From the NCBI GenBank assembly GCA_964016885.1, contig OZ024743.1, positions 140,182,001 through 140,246,000 on the forward strand: DNA of 64,000 bases. Direction: 5' to 3'. Positions 12,331-24,500 of the stretch are shown piece by piece (positions within the stretch are counted from its first letter, which is position 1; each line of letters begins with the position of its first letter). Origin of the DNA: Eledone cirrhosa. Taxonomy: Eukaryota. The notes beneath the pieces are model-generated. The model saw only the letters and a program-made list of their open reading frames with translations, had not been told where the DNA came from and searched no databases. The position numbers were made by a program, and so were the translations under genes.

Positions 12331-12854
12331 GTGCTTGGTGTTTGGTGCTTCGTGTCTGGTGCTTGGTGTCTGGTGCTTGGTGTTTGGTGTTTGGTGTTTG
12401 GTGCTTGGTGTTTGGTGTTTGGTGTTTGGTGTTTGGTGCTTGTTGCTTGGTGCTTGGTGCTTGGTGTTTGGTGTTTGGTGCTTGGTGTTTTATGCTTGGT
12501 GTTTGATGTTTGGTGCTTGGTGCTTGGTGTTTGGTGCTTGGTGCTTGGTGTTTCTACTTGGTGCTTGGTGCTTGGTGTTTGGTTCTAGGTTCTTGGTGTT
12601 TGGTACTTGGTGCTTGGTGCTTGGTGTTTGGTGCTTGGTGCTTGGAGTTTGGTGTTTGGTGCTTGGTGCTTGGTGTTTTGTGTTTGGTGTTTGGTGCTTG
12701 GTGCTGGGTGGTTGGTATTTGGTGCTTGGTGCTTGGTGTTTGGTGCTTGGTGCTTGGTGCTTGGTGTTTGGTGCCTGGTGCTTGGTGCTTGGTCTTTGGT
12801 GCTTGGTGTTTGGTGTTTGGTGCTTGGTGCTTTGTGTTTGGTGCTTGGTGATTA

Positions 12855-15800
12855 GTGTTTGGTGCTTGGTACTTGGTGTTTGGTGCTTGGTGTTTGGTGT
12901 TTGCTGTTTGGTGTTTGGTGTTTGGTGTTTGCTGTTTGGTGTCTGCTTTTTGGTGTTTGGTGTTTGCTGTATGCTGTTTGCTGTTTCGTGTTTGGTGTTT
13001 GCTGTTTGGTGTTTGGTGTTTGCTGTTTGGTGTTTGGTCTTTGGTGCTTGGTGTTTGGTGCTTGGTGCTTGGTGTTTGGTGTTTGGTGCTTGGTGTTTGG
13101 TGTTTGGTGCTTGGTGCTTGGTGCTTGGTGTTTGGTGCTTGGTGTCTGGTGCTTGGTGTCTGGTGCTTGGTGTTTGGTGTTTGGTGTTTGGTGCTTGGTG
13201 TTTGGTGTTTGGTGTTTGGTGTTTGGTGCTTGTTGCTTGGTGCTTGGTGCTTGGTGTTTGGTGCTTGGTGCTTGGTGTTTGGTGCTGGGTGCTTGGTGTT
13301 TGGTGCTTGGTGCTTGGTGTTTGGTGTTTGGTGCTTGGTGCTTGGTGTTTGGTGTTTGGTGTTATATGCTTGGTGTTTGGTGCTTGGTGCTTGGTGTTTG
13401 CTGTTTGGTTCTTGATGCTTGGTATCTGGTGCTTGGTGCTTGCTGCTTGGTGTTTGGTCCTTGGTGATTGATGCTTGGTGTTTGGTGCTTGGTGCTTGGT
13501 GTTTGGTTTTTGGTGCTTGGTGCTTGGTGTTTGGTGCTTGGTGCTTGGTGCTGGGTGGTTGGTATTTGGTGCTTGGTGCTTGGTGTTTGGTGCTTGGTGC
13601 CTGGTGCTTGGTGTTTGGTGCTTGGTGCTTGGTGCTTGGTCTTTGGTGCTTGGTGTTTGGTGTTTGGTGCTTGGTGCTTTGTGTTTGGTGCTTGGTGATT
13701 AGTGTTTGGTGCTTGGTACTTGGTGTTTGGTGCTTGGTGTTTGGTGTTTGCTGTTTGGTGTTTGGTGTTTGGTGTTTGCTGTTTGGTGTCTGCTTTTTGG
13801 TGTTTGGTGTTTGCTGTATGGTGTTTGCTGTTTCGTGTTTGGTGTTTGCTGTTTGGTGTTTGGTGTTTGCTGTTTGGTGTTTGGTCTTTGGTGCTTGGTG
13901 TTTGGTGCTTGGTGCTTGGTGTTTGGTGTTTGGTGCTTGGTGCTTGGTGCTTCGTGTTTGGTGTTTGGTGCTTGGTGTCTGGAGCTTGGTGTTTGGTGTT
14001 TGGTGCTTGGTGTTTGGTGTTTCGTGCTTGGTGCTTGGTGTTTGGTGCTTGGTGCTTGGTGTTTGGTGCTTGGTGTTTGGTGCTTGGTTCTTGGTGTTTG
14101 GTGCTTGGTGTTTGGAGCTTGGTGCTTGGTGTTTGGTGCTTGGTGCTTGGTGTTTGTACTTGGTGCTTGGTGCTTGGTGTTTGGTGCTTCGTTCTTGGTG
14201 TTTGGTGCTTGGTGTTTGGAGCTTGGTGCTTGGTGTTTGGTGCTTGGTGCTTGGTGTTTGGTGTTTGGTGCTTGGTGCTTGGTGTTTGGTGTTTGGTGCT
14301 TGGTGTTTGGTGTTTGGTGCTTGGTGCTTGGTGTTTGTTGCTTGGTACTTGGTGCATGGTGTTTGGTGCTGGGTGTTTGGTGTTTTGTGCTTGGTTCTTG
14401 GTGTTTGGTGTTTGGTGCTTGGTACTTGGTGTCTGGAGCTTGGTGTTTGGTGTTTGGTGCTTGGTGTTTGGTGCTTGGTGCTTGGTATTTGGTGTTTGGT
14501 GTTTGATGCTTGGTGTTTTATGCTTGGTGCTTGGTGTTTGGTGCTTGGTGATTGTATTTGGTGCTTGGTGCTTGGTGTTTTGTGCTTGGGTCTTGGTGTT
14601 TGGTGTTTGGTGCTTGGTACTTGGTGCTTGGTGTTAGGTGTTTGGTCCTTGGTGCTTGGTGCTTGGTGTTTAGTGCTTGGTGCTTGGTGTTTGTTGTTTG
14701 GTGCTTTCTGTTTGCTGCTTGGTGTTTGCTGCTTGGTGCTTGGTGCTTGGTGTTTGGTGTTTGGTGCTAGGTGCTTGGTGTTTGGTGTTTGGTGTTTGAT
14801 GCTTGGTGTTTGGTCTTTGGTGCTTGGTGTTTGGTGCTTGGTGCTTGGTGTTTGGTGTTTGGTGCTTGGTGCTTGGTGCTTGGTGTTTGGTGCTTGGTGT
14901 CTGGTGCTTGGTGTCTGGTGCTTGGTGTTTGGTGTTTGGTGTTTGGTGCTTGGTGTTTGGTGTTTGGTGTTTGGTGTTTGGTGCTTGTTGCTTGGTGCTT
15001 GGTGCTTGGTGTTTGGTGCTTGGTGCTTGGTGTTTGGTGCTGGGTGCTTGGTGTTTGGTGCTTGGTGCTTGGTGCTTGGTGTTTGGTGTTTGGTGCTTGG
15101 TGCTTGGTGTTTGGTGTTTGGTGTTATATGCTTGGTGTTTGATGCTTGGTGCTTGGTGCTTGGTGTTTGGTGTTTGGTGCTTGGTGTTTTATGCTTGGTG
15201 TTTGATGTTTGGTGCTTGGTGCTTGGTGTTTGTTGCTTGGTGCTTGGTGTTTCTACTTGGTGCTTGGTGCTTGGTGTTTGGTTCTTGGTTCTTGGTGTTT
15301 GGTACTTGGTGCTTGGTGCTTGGTGTTTGGTGCTTGGTGCTTGGAGTTTGGTGTTTGGTGCTTGGTGCTTGGTGTTTTGTGTTTGGTGTTTGGTTTTTGG
15401 TGCTTGGTGCTTGGTGCTTGGTGCTTGGTCCTTGGTGTTTGGTGCTCGGTGCTTGGTGTTTGTACTTGGTGCTTGGTGCTTGGTGTTTGGTTCTTGGTTC
15501 TTGGTGTTTGGTACTTGCTGCTTGGTGCTTGGTGTTTGGTGCTTGGTGCTTGGTGTTTGGTGTTTGGTGTTTGGTGCTTGGTGCTTGGTGTTTGGTGCTT
15601 GGTGCTTGGTGCTGGGTGGTTGGTATTTGGTGCTTGGTGCTTGGTGTTTGGTGCTTGGTGCTTGGTGCTTGGTGTTTGGTGCTTGGTGCTTGGTGCTTGT
15701 TCTTTGGTGCTTGGTGTTTGGTGTTTGGTGCTTGGTGCTTTGTGTTTGGTGCTTGGTGATTAGTGTTTGGTGCTTGGTACTTGGTGTTTGGTGCTTGGTG

Positions 15801-17750
15801 TTTGGTGTTTGCTGTTTGGTGTTTGGTGTTTGGTGTTTGCTGTTTGGTGTCTGCTTTTTGGTGTTTGGTGTTTGCTGTATGGTGTTTGCTGTTTCGTGTT
15901 TGGTGTTTGCTGTTTGGTGTTTGGTGTTTGCTGTTTGGTGTTTGGTCTTTGGTGCTTGGTGTTTGGTGCTTGGTGCTTGGTGTTTGGTGTTTGGTGCTTG
16001 GTGTTTGGTGTTTGGTGCTTGGTGCTTGGTGCTTGGTGTTTGGTGCTTGGTGTCTGGTGCTTGGTGTCTGGTGCTTGGTGTTTGGTGTTTGGTGTTTGGT
16101 GCTTGGTGTTTGGTGTTTGGTGTTTGGTGTTTGGTGCTTGTTGCTTGGTGCTTGGTGCTTGGTGTTTGGTGCTTGGTGCTTGGTGTTTGGTGCTGGGTGC
16201 TTGGTGTTTGGTGCTTGGTGCTTGGTGTTTGGCGTTTGGTGCTTGGTGCTTGGTGTTTGGTGTTTGGTGTTATATGCTTGGTGTTTGGTGCTTGGTGCTT
16301 GGTGTTTGCTGTTTGGTTCTTGATGCTTGGTATCTGGTGCTTGGTGCTTGCTGCTTGGTGTTTGGTGCTTGGTGATTGATGCTTGGTGTTTGGTGCTTGG
16401 TGCTTGGTGTTTGGTTTTTGGTGCTTGGTGCTTGGTGTTTGGTGTTTGGTGCTTGGTGCTGGGTGGTTGGTATTTGGTGCTTGGTGCTTGGTGTTTGGTG
16501 CCTGGTGCTTGGTGCTTGGTGTTTGGTGCTTGGTGCTTGGTGCTTGGTCTTTGGTGCTTGGTGTTTGGTGTTTGGTGCTTGGTGCTTTGTGTTTGGTGCT
16601 TGGTGATTAGTGTTTGGTGCTTGGTACTTGGTGTTTGGTGCTTTGTGTTTGGTGTTTGCTGTTTGGTGTTTGGTGTTTGGTGTTTGCTGTTTGGTGTCTG
16701 CTTTTTGGTGTTTGGTGTTTGCTGTATGGTGTTTGCTGTTTCGTGTTTGGTGTTTGCTGTTTGGTGTTTGGTGTTTGCTGTTTGGTGTTTGGTCTTTGGT
16801 GCTTGGTGTTTGGTGCTTGGTGCTTGGTGTTTGGTGTTTTCTGCTTGGTGTTTGGTGTTTGGTGCTTAGTGCTTGGTGCTTGGTGTTTGGTGCTTGGTGT
16901 CTGGTGCTTGGTGTCTGGTGCTTGGTGTTTGGTGTTTGGTGTTTGGTGCTTGGTGTTTGGTGTTTGGTGTTTGGTGTTTGGTGCTTGTTGCTTGGTGCTG
17001 GGTGGTTGGTATTTGGTGCTTGGTGCTTGGTGTTTGGTGCTTGGTGCTTGGTGCTTGGTGTTTGGTGCTTGGTGCTTGGTGCTTGGTCTTTGGTGCTTGG
17101 TGTTTGGTGTTTGGTGCTTGGTGCTTTGTGTTTGGTGCTTGGTGATTAGTGTTTGGTGCTTGGTACTTGGTGTTTGGTGCTTGGTGTTTGGTGTTTGGTG
17201 TTTGGTGTTTGGTGTTTGGTGTTTGCTGTTTGGTGTCTGCTTTTTGGTGTTTGGTGTTTGCTGTATGGTGTGTGCTGTTTCGTGTTTGGTGTTTGCTGTT
17301 TGGTGTTTGGTGTTTGCTGTTTGGTGTTTGGTCTTTGGTGCTTGGTGTTTGGTGCTTGGTGCTTGGTGTTTGGTGTTTGGTGCTTGGTGCTTGGTGCTTG
17401 GTGTTTGGTGCTTGGTGCTTGGTGTTTGGTGTTTGGTGTTTGGTGCTTGGTGCTTGGTGTTTGGTGCTTGGTGCTGGGTGGTTGGTGTTTGGTGCTTGGT
17501 GCTTGGTGTTTCGTGCTAGGTGCATGGTGCTTGGTGTTTGGTGATTGGTGCTTGGTGCTTGGTCTTTGGTTTTTGGTGTTTAGTGCTTGGTGCTTGGTGC
17601 TTGGTGCTTGGTGCTTGGTCCTTGGTGTTTGGTGCTTGGTGCTTGGTGTTTGGTGTTTGGTGCTTGGTGCTTGGTGCTTCGTGTTTGGTGTTTGGTGCTT
17701 GGTGTCTGGAGCTTGGTGTTTGGTGTTTGGTGCTTGGTGTTTGGTGTTTC
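12855..17750 (+). repeat. Further, slightly diverged copy of the 2.9/4.1-kb higher-order block
   Basis: Offset 9896 (3523/13419, 3806/13702, 5867/15763), then 9917 after a 21-bp (3-monomer) difference (6693/16610, 7232/17149). Carries private substitutions such as GGCGTTT at about 16231 and GATTGTAT at about 14550. Confidence 0.85.
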
Positions 17751-18589
17751 GTGCTTGGTGCTTGGTGTTTGGTGCTTGGTGCTTGGTGTTTGTACTTGGT
17801 GCTTGGTGCTTGGTGTTTGGTGCTTGGTTCTTGGTGTTTGGTGCTTGGTGTTTGGAGCTTGGTGCTTGGTGTTTGGTGCTTGGTGCTTGGTGTTTGTACT
17901 TGGTGCTTGGTGCTTGGTGTTTGGTGCTTGGTTCTTGGTGTTTGGTGCTTGGTGTTTGGTGCTGGGTGCTTGGTGTTTTGTGCTTGGTGTTTGATGCTTG
18001 GTGTTTTATGCTTGGTGCTTGGTGTTTGGTGCTTGGTGTTTGTATTTGGTGCTTGGTGCTTGGTGTTTTGTGCTTGGTTCTTGGTGTTTGGTGTTTGGTG
18101 CTTGGTACTTGGTGCTTGGTGTTAGGTGTTTGGTGTTTGGTGCTTGGTGTTTGGTGTTTGGTCCTTGGTGCTTGGTGCTTGGTGTTTAGTGCTTGGTGCT
18201 TGGTGTTTGTTGTTTGGTGCTTTCTGTTTGCTGCTTGGTGTTTGCTGCTTGGTGCTTGGTGCTTGGTGTTTGGTGTTTGGTGCTAGGTGCTTGGTGTTTG
18301 GTGTTTGGTGTTTGATGCTTGGTGTTTGGTGCTTGGTGTTTGGTGCTTGGTGCTTGGGGCTTGGTGTTTGGTGCTTGGTGCTTGGTGCTTGGTGTTTGGT
18401 GCTTGGTGCTTGGTGATTGGTGTTTGGTGTTTGGTGCTTGGTGCTTGGTGTTTGGTGCTTGGTGCTTGGTGCTGGGTGGTTGGTATTTGGTGCTTTGTGC
18501 TTGGTGTTTGGTGCTTGGTGCTTGGTGCTTGGTGTTTGGTGCTTGGTGCTTGGTGCTTGGTCTTTGGTGCTTGGTGTTTGGTGTTTGGT

Positions 18590-21500
18590 GCTTGGTGCTT
18601 TGTGTTTGGTGCTTGGTGATTAGTGTTTGGTGCTTGGTACTTGGTGTTTGGTGCTTGGTGTTTGGTGTTTGGTGTTTGGTGTTTGGTGTATGCTGTTTGC
18701 TGTTTGGTGTCTGCTTTTTGGTGTTTGGTGTTTGCTGTATGGTGTTTGCTGTTTCGTGTTTGGTGTTTGCTGTTTGGTGTTTGGTGTTTGCTGTTTGGTG
18801 TTTGGTCTTTGGTGCTTGGTGTTTGGTGCTTGGTGCTTGGTGTTTGGTGTTTGGTGCTTGGTGCTTGGTGCTTGGTGTTTGGTGCTTGGTGTCTGGTGCT
18901 TGGTGTCTGGTGCTTGGTGTTTGGTGTTTGGTGTTTGGTGCTTGGTGTTTGGTGTTTGGTGTTTGGTGTTTGGTGCTTGTTGCTTGGTGCTTGGTGCTTG
19001 GTGTTTGGTGCTTGGTGCTTGGTGTTTGGTGCTGGGTGCTTGGTGTTTGGTGCTTGGTGCTTGGTGGTTGGTGTTTGGTGTTTGGTGCTTGGTGCTTGGT
19101 GTTTGGTGTTTGGTGTTATATGCTTGGTGTTTGATGCTTGGTGCTTGGTGCTTGGTGTTTGGTGTTTGGTGCTTGGTGTTTTATGCTTGGTGTTTGATGT
19201 TTGGTGCTTGGTGCTTGGTTTTTGGTGCTTGGTGCTTGGTGTTTCTACTTGGTGCTTGGTGCTTGGTTCTTGGTGTTTGGTGCTTGGTGCTTGGTGCTTG
19301 GTGCTTGGTGTTTGGTGCTTGGTGTTTGGTGCTTGGTGTTTGGTGCTTGGTGCCTGGTGCTTGGTGCTTGGTGCTTGGTGTTTGGTGCTTGGTGTTTGGT
19401 GCTTGGTATTAGGTGTTTGGTGCTTGGTGCTTGGTGTTTGGTGTTTGGTGCTTGGTGTTTGGTGCTTGGTGTTTGGTGTTTGGTGCTTGGTGTTTGGTGC
19501 TTGGTACTTGGTGCTTGGTGCTTGGTGTTAGGTGTTTGGTGCTTGGTGCTTGTTGTTTGGTTTTTGGTGCTTGGTGCTTGGTGTTTGGTGTTTGGTGCTT
19601 GCTGCTGGCTGCTTGGTGTTTGGTGCTTGGTGATTGGTGCTTGGTGTTTGGTGCTTGGTGTTTGGTGTTTGGTACTAGGTGCTTGGTGCTTGGTGTTTGG
19701 TGCTTGGTGCTTGGTGTTTGGTGTTTGGTGATTGGTGCTTGGTGTTTGGTGCTTGGTGCTGGGTTCTGGGTGGTTGGTGTTTGGTGCTTGGTGTTTGGTG
19801 CTGGGTGCTTGGTGTTTGGTGCTTGGTGCTTGGTCTTTGGTGTTTGGTGTTTGGTGTTTGGGGCTTGGTGCTTGGTGCTTGGTGTTTGGTGCTTGGTGCT
19901 TGGTGTTTGGTGCTTGGTGCTTAGTGTTTGGTGCTAGGTGCTTGGGGTTTGGTGTTTGGTGCTTGGTGCTTGGTGTTTGGTGCTTGGTGCTTGGTGTTTG
20001 GTGTTTGGTGCTTGGTGCTTGGTGTTTGGTGTTTCCTGTTTGCTGTTTGGTGTTTGGTGTTTGCTGTTTGCTGTTTGGTGTCTGCTTTTTGGTGTTTGGT
20101 GTTTGTTGTATGTTATTTGCTGTTTGGTGTTTGGTGTTTGGTGTTTGGTGCTTGGTGCTTGGTGTTTGGTGCTTGGTGCTTGGTGTTTGGTGCCTGGTGC
20201 TTGGGGCTTGGTGTTTGGTGTTTGGTACTTGGTGCTTGGAGTTTGGTGTTTGGTGCTTGGTGCTTGGTGTTTTGTGTTTGGTGTTTGGTTTTTGGTGCTT
20301 GGTGCTTGGTGCTTGGTCCTTGGTGTTTGGTGCTTGGTGCTTGGTGTTTGTACTTGGTGCTTGGTGCTTGGTGTTTGGTTCTTGGTTCTTGGTGTTTGGT
20401 ACTTGGTGCTTGGTGCTTGGTGTTTGGTGCTTGGTGCTTGGTGTTTGGTGTTTGGTGTTTGGTGCTTGGTGCTTGGTGTTTGGTGCTTGGTGCTTGGTGC
20501 TGGGTGGTTGGTATTTGGTGCTTGGTGCTTGGTGTTTGGTGCTTGGTGCTTGGTGCTTGGTGTTTGGTGCTTGGTGCTTGGTGCTTGGTCTTTGGTGCTT
20601 GGTGTTTGGTGTTTGGTGCTTGGTGCTTTGTGTTTTGTGCTTGGTGATAAGTGTTTGGTGCTTGGTACTTGGTGTTTGGTGCTTGGTGTTTGGTGTTTGC
20701 TGTTTGGTGTTTGGTGTTTGGTGTTTGCTGTTTGGTGTCTGCTTTTTGGTGTTTGGTGTTTGCTGTATGGTGTTTGCTGTTTCGTGTTTGGTGTTTGCTG
20801 TTTGGTGTTTGGTGTTTGCTGTTTGGTGTTTGGTCTTTGGTGCTTGGTGTTTGGTGCTTGGTGCTTGGTGTTTGGTGTTTGGTGCTTGGTGTTTGGTGTT
20901 TGGTGCTTGGTGCTTGGTGCTTGGTGTTTGGTGCTTGGTGTCTGGTGCTTGGTGTCTGGTGCTTGGTGTTTGATGTTTGGTGTTTGGTGCTTGGTGTTTG
21001 GTGTTTGGTGTTTGGTGTTTGGTGCTTGTTGCTTGGTGCTTGGTGCTTGGTGTTTGGTGCTTGGTGCTTGGTGTTTGGTGCTGGGTGCTTGGTGTTTGGT
21101 GCTTGGTGCTTGGTGTTTGGTGTTTGGTGCTTGGTGCTTGGTGTTTGGTGTTTGGTGTTATATGCTTGGTGTTTGGTGCTTGGTGCTTGGTGTTTGGTGT
21201 TTGGTTCTTGATGCTTGGTATTTGGTGCTTGGTGCTTGCTGCTTGGTGTTTGGTGCTTGGTGATTGATGCTTGGTGTTTGGTGCTTGGTGCTTGGTGTTT
21301 GGTTTTTGGTGCTAGGTGCTTGGTGCTTGGTGTTTGGTGCTTGGTGTTTGGTGTTTGGTGCTTGGTGCTTGGTGTTTGGTACTTGGTGCTTGGTGCTTGG
21401 TGTTTGGTGCTTGGTGCTTGGTGTTTGGTGTTTGGTGTTTGGTGCTTGGTGCTTGGTGTTTGGTGCTTGGTGCTGGGTGGTTGGTGTTTGGTGCTTGGTG

Positions 21501-24500
21501 CTTGGTGTTTTGTGCTAGGTGCATGGTGCCTGGTGTTTGGTGCTTGGTGCTTGGTGCTTGGTCTTTGGTGTTTGGTGTTTAGTGCTTGGTGCTTGGTGCT
21601 TGGTGCTTGGTGCTTGGTGCTTGGTCCTTGGTGTTTGGTGCTTGGTGCTTGGTGTTTGGTGTTTGGTGCTTGGTGCTTGGTGCTTCGTGTTTGGTGTTTG
21701 GTGCTTGGTGTCTGGAGCTTGGTGTTTGGTGTTTGGTGCTTGGTGTTTGGTGTTTGGTGCTTGGTGCTTGGTGTTTGGTGCTTGGTGCTTGGTGCTTGGT
21801 GTTTGGTGCTTGGTGCTTGGTGCTTGGTCTTTGGTGCTTGGTGTTTGGTGTTTGGTGCTTGGTGCTTTGTGTTTGGTGCTTGGTGATTAGTGTTTGGTGC
21901 TTGGTACTTGGTGTTTGGTGCTTGGTGTTTGGTGTTTGCTGTTTGGTGTTTGGTGTTTGCTGTTTGCTGTTTGGTGTCTGCTTTTTGGTGTTTGGTGTTT
22001 GCTGTATGGTGTTTGCTGTTTCGTGTTTGGTGTTTGCTGTTTGGTGTTTGGTGTTTGTTGTTTGGTGTTTGGTTTTTGGTGCTTGGTGTTTGGTGCTTGG
22101 TGCTTGGTGTTTGGTGTTTGGTGCTTGGTGCTTGGTGCTTGGTGTTTGGTGCTTGGTGTCTGGTGCTTGGTGTCTGGTGCTTGGTGTTTGGTGTTTGGTG
22201 TTTGGTGCTTGGTGTTTGGTGTTTGGTGTTTGGTGTTTGGTGCTTGTTGCTTGCTGCTTGGTGCTTGGTGCTTGGTGCTTGGTCCTTGGTGTTTGGTGCT
22301 TGGTGCTTGGTGTTTGGTGTTTGGTGCTTGGTGCTTGGTGCTTCGTGTTTGGTGTTTGGTGCTTGGTGTCTGGAGCTTGGTGTTTGGTGTTTGGTGCTTG
22401 GTGTTTGGTGTTTGGTGCTTGGTGCTTGGTGTTTGGTGCTTGGTGCTTGGTGCTTGGTGTTTGGTGCTTGGTGCTTGGTGCTTGGTGCTTGGTCTTTGGT
22501 GCTTGGTGTTTGGTGTTTGGTGCTTGGTGTCTGGTGCTTGGTGTCTGGTGCTTGGTGTTTGGTGTTTGGTGTTTGGTGCTTGGTGTTTGGTGTTTGGTGT
22601 TTGGTGTTTGGTGCTTGTTGCTTGGTGCTTGGTGCTTGGTGCTTGGTGCTTGGTGCTTGGTGTTTGGTGCTGGGTGCTTGGTGTTTGGTGCTTGGTGCTT
22701 GGTGCTTGGTGTTTGGTGTTTGGTGCTTGGTGCTTGGTGTTTGGTGTTTGGTGTTATATGCTTGGTGTTTGATGCTTGGTGCTTGGTGCTTGGTGTTTGG
22801 TGTTTGGTGCTTGGTGTTTTATGCTTGGTGTTTGATGTTTGGTGCTTGGTGCTTTGTGTTTGGTGCTTGGTGATTAGTGTTTGGTGCTTGGTACTTGGTG
22901 TTTGGTGCTTGGTGTTTGGTGTTTGGTGTTTGGTGTTTGGTGTATGCTGTTTGCTGTTTGGTGTCTGCTTTTTGGTGTTTGGTGTTTGCTGTATGGTGTT
23001 TGCTGTTTCGTGTTTGGTGTTTGCTGTTTGGTGTTTGGTGTTTGCTGTTTGGTGTTTGGTCTTTGGTGCTTGGTGTTTGGTGCTTGGTGCTTGGTGTTTG
23101 GTGTTTGGTGCTTGGTGCTTGGTGCTTGGTGTTTGGTGCTTGGTGTCTGGTGCTTGGTGTCTGGTGCTTGGTGTTTGGTGTTTGGTATTTGGTGCTTGGT
23201 GTTTGGTGTTTGGTGTTTGGTGTTTGGTGCTTGTTGCTTGGTGCTTGGTGCTTGGTGTTTGGTGCTTGGTGCTTGGTGTTTGGTGCTGGGTGCTTGGTGT
23301 TTGGTGCTTGGTGCTTGGTGGTTGGTGTTTGGTGTTTGGTGCTTGGTGCTTGGTGTTTGGTGTTTGGTGTTATATGCTTGGTGTTTGATGCTTGGTGCTT
23401 GGTGCTTGGTGTTTGGTGTTTGGTGCTTGGTGTTTTATGCTTGGTGTTTGATGTTTGGTGCTTGGTGCTTGGTTTTTGGTGCTTGGTGCTTGGTGTTTCT
23501 ACTTGGTGCTTGGTGCTTGGTTCTTGGTGTTTGGTGCTTGGTGCTTGGTGCTTGGTGCTTGGTGTTTGGTGCTTGGTGTTTGGTGCTTGGTGTTTGGTGC
23601 TTGGTGCCTGGTGCTTGGTGCTTGGTGCTTGGTGTTTGGTGCTTGGTGTTTGGTGCTTGGTATTAGGTGTTTGGTGCTTGGTGCTTGGTGTTTGGTGTTT
23701 GGTGCTTGGTGTTTGGTGCTTGGTGTTTGGTGTTTGGTGCTTGGTGTTTGGTGCTTGGTGCTTGGTGCTTGGTGTTTGGTGTTTGGTGCTTGCTGCTGGC
23801 TGCTTGGTGTTTGGTGCTTGGTGATTGGTGCTTGGTGTTTGGTGCTTGGTGTTTGGTGTTTGGTACTAGGTGCTTGGTGCTTGGTGTTTGGTGCTTGGTG
23901 CTTGGTGTTTGGTGTTTGGTGATTGGTGCTTGGTGTTTGGTGCTTGGTGCTGGGTTCTGGGTGGTTGGTGTTTGGTGCTTGGTGTTTGGTGCTGGGTGCT
24001 TGGTGTTTGGTGCTTGGTGCTTGGTCTTTGGTGTTTGGTGTTTGGTGTTTGGGGCTTGGTGCTTGGTGCTTGGTGTTTGGTGCTTGGTGCTTGGTGTTTG
24101 GTGCTTGGTGCTTAGTGTTTGGTGCTAGGTGCTTGGGGTTTGGTGTTTGGTGCTTGGTGCTTGGTGTTTGGTGCTTGGTGCTTGGTGTTTGGTGTTTGGT
24201 GCTTGGTGCTTGGTGTTTGGTGTTTCCTGTTTGCTGTTTGGTGTTTGGTGTTTGCTGTTTGCTGTTTGGTGTCTGCTTTTTGGTGTTTGGTGTTTGTTGT
24301 ATGTTATTTGCTGTTTGGTGTTTGGTGTTTGGTGTTTGGTGCTTGGTGCTTGGTGTTTGGTGCTTGGTGCTTGGTGTTTGGTGCCTTGTGCTTGGGGCTT
24401 GGTGTTTGGTGTTTGGTGCTTGGTGCTTGGAGTTTGGTGTTTGGTACTTGGTGCTTGGTGTTTTGTGTTTGGTGTTTGGTTTTTGGTGCTTGGTGCTTGG

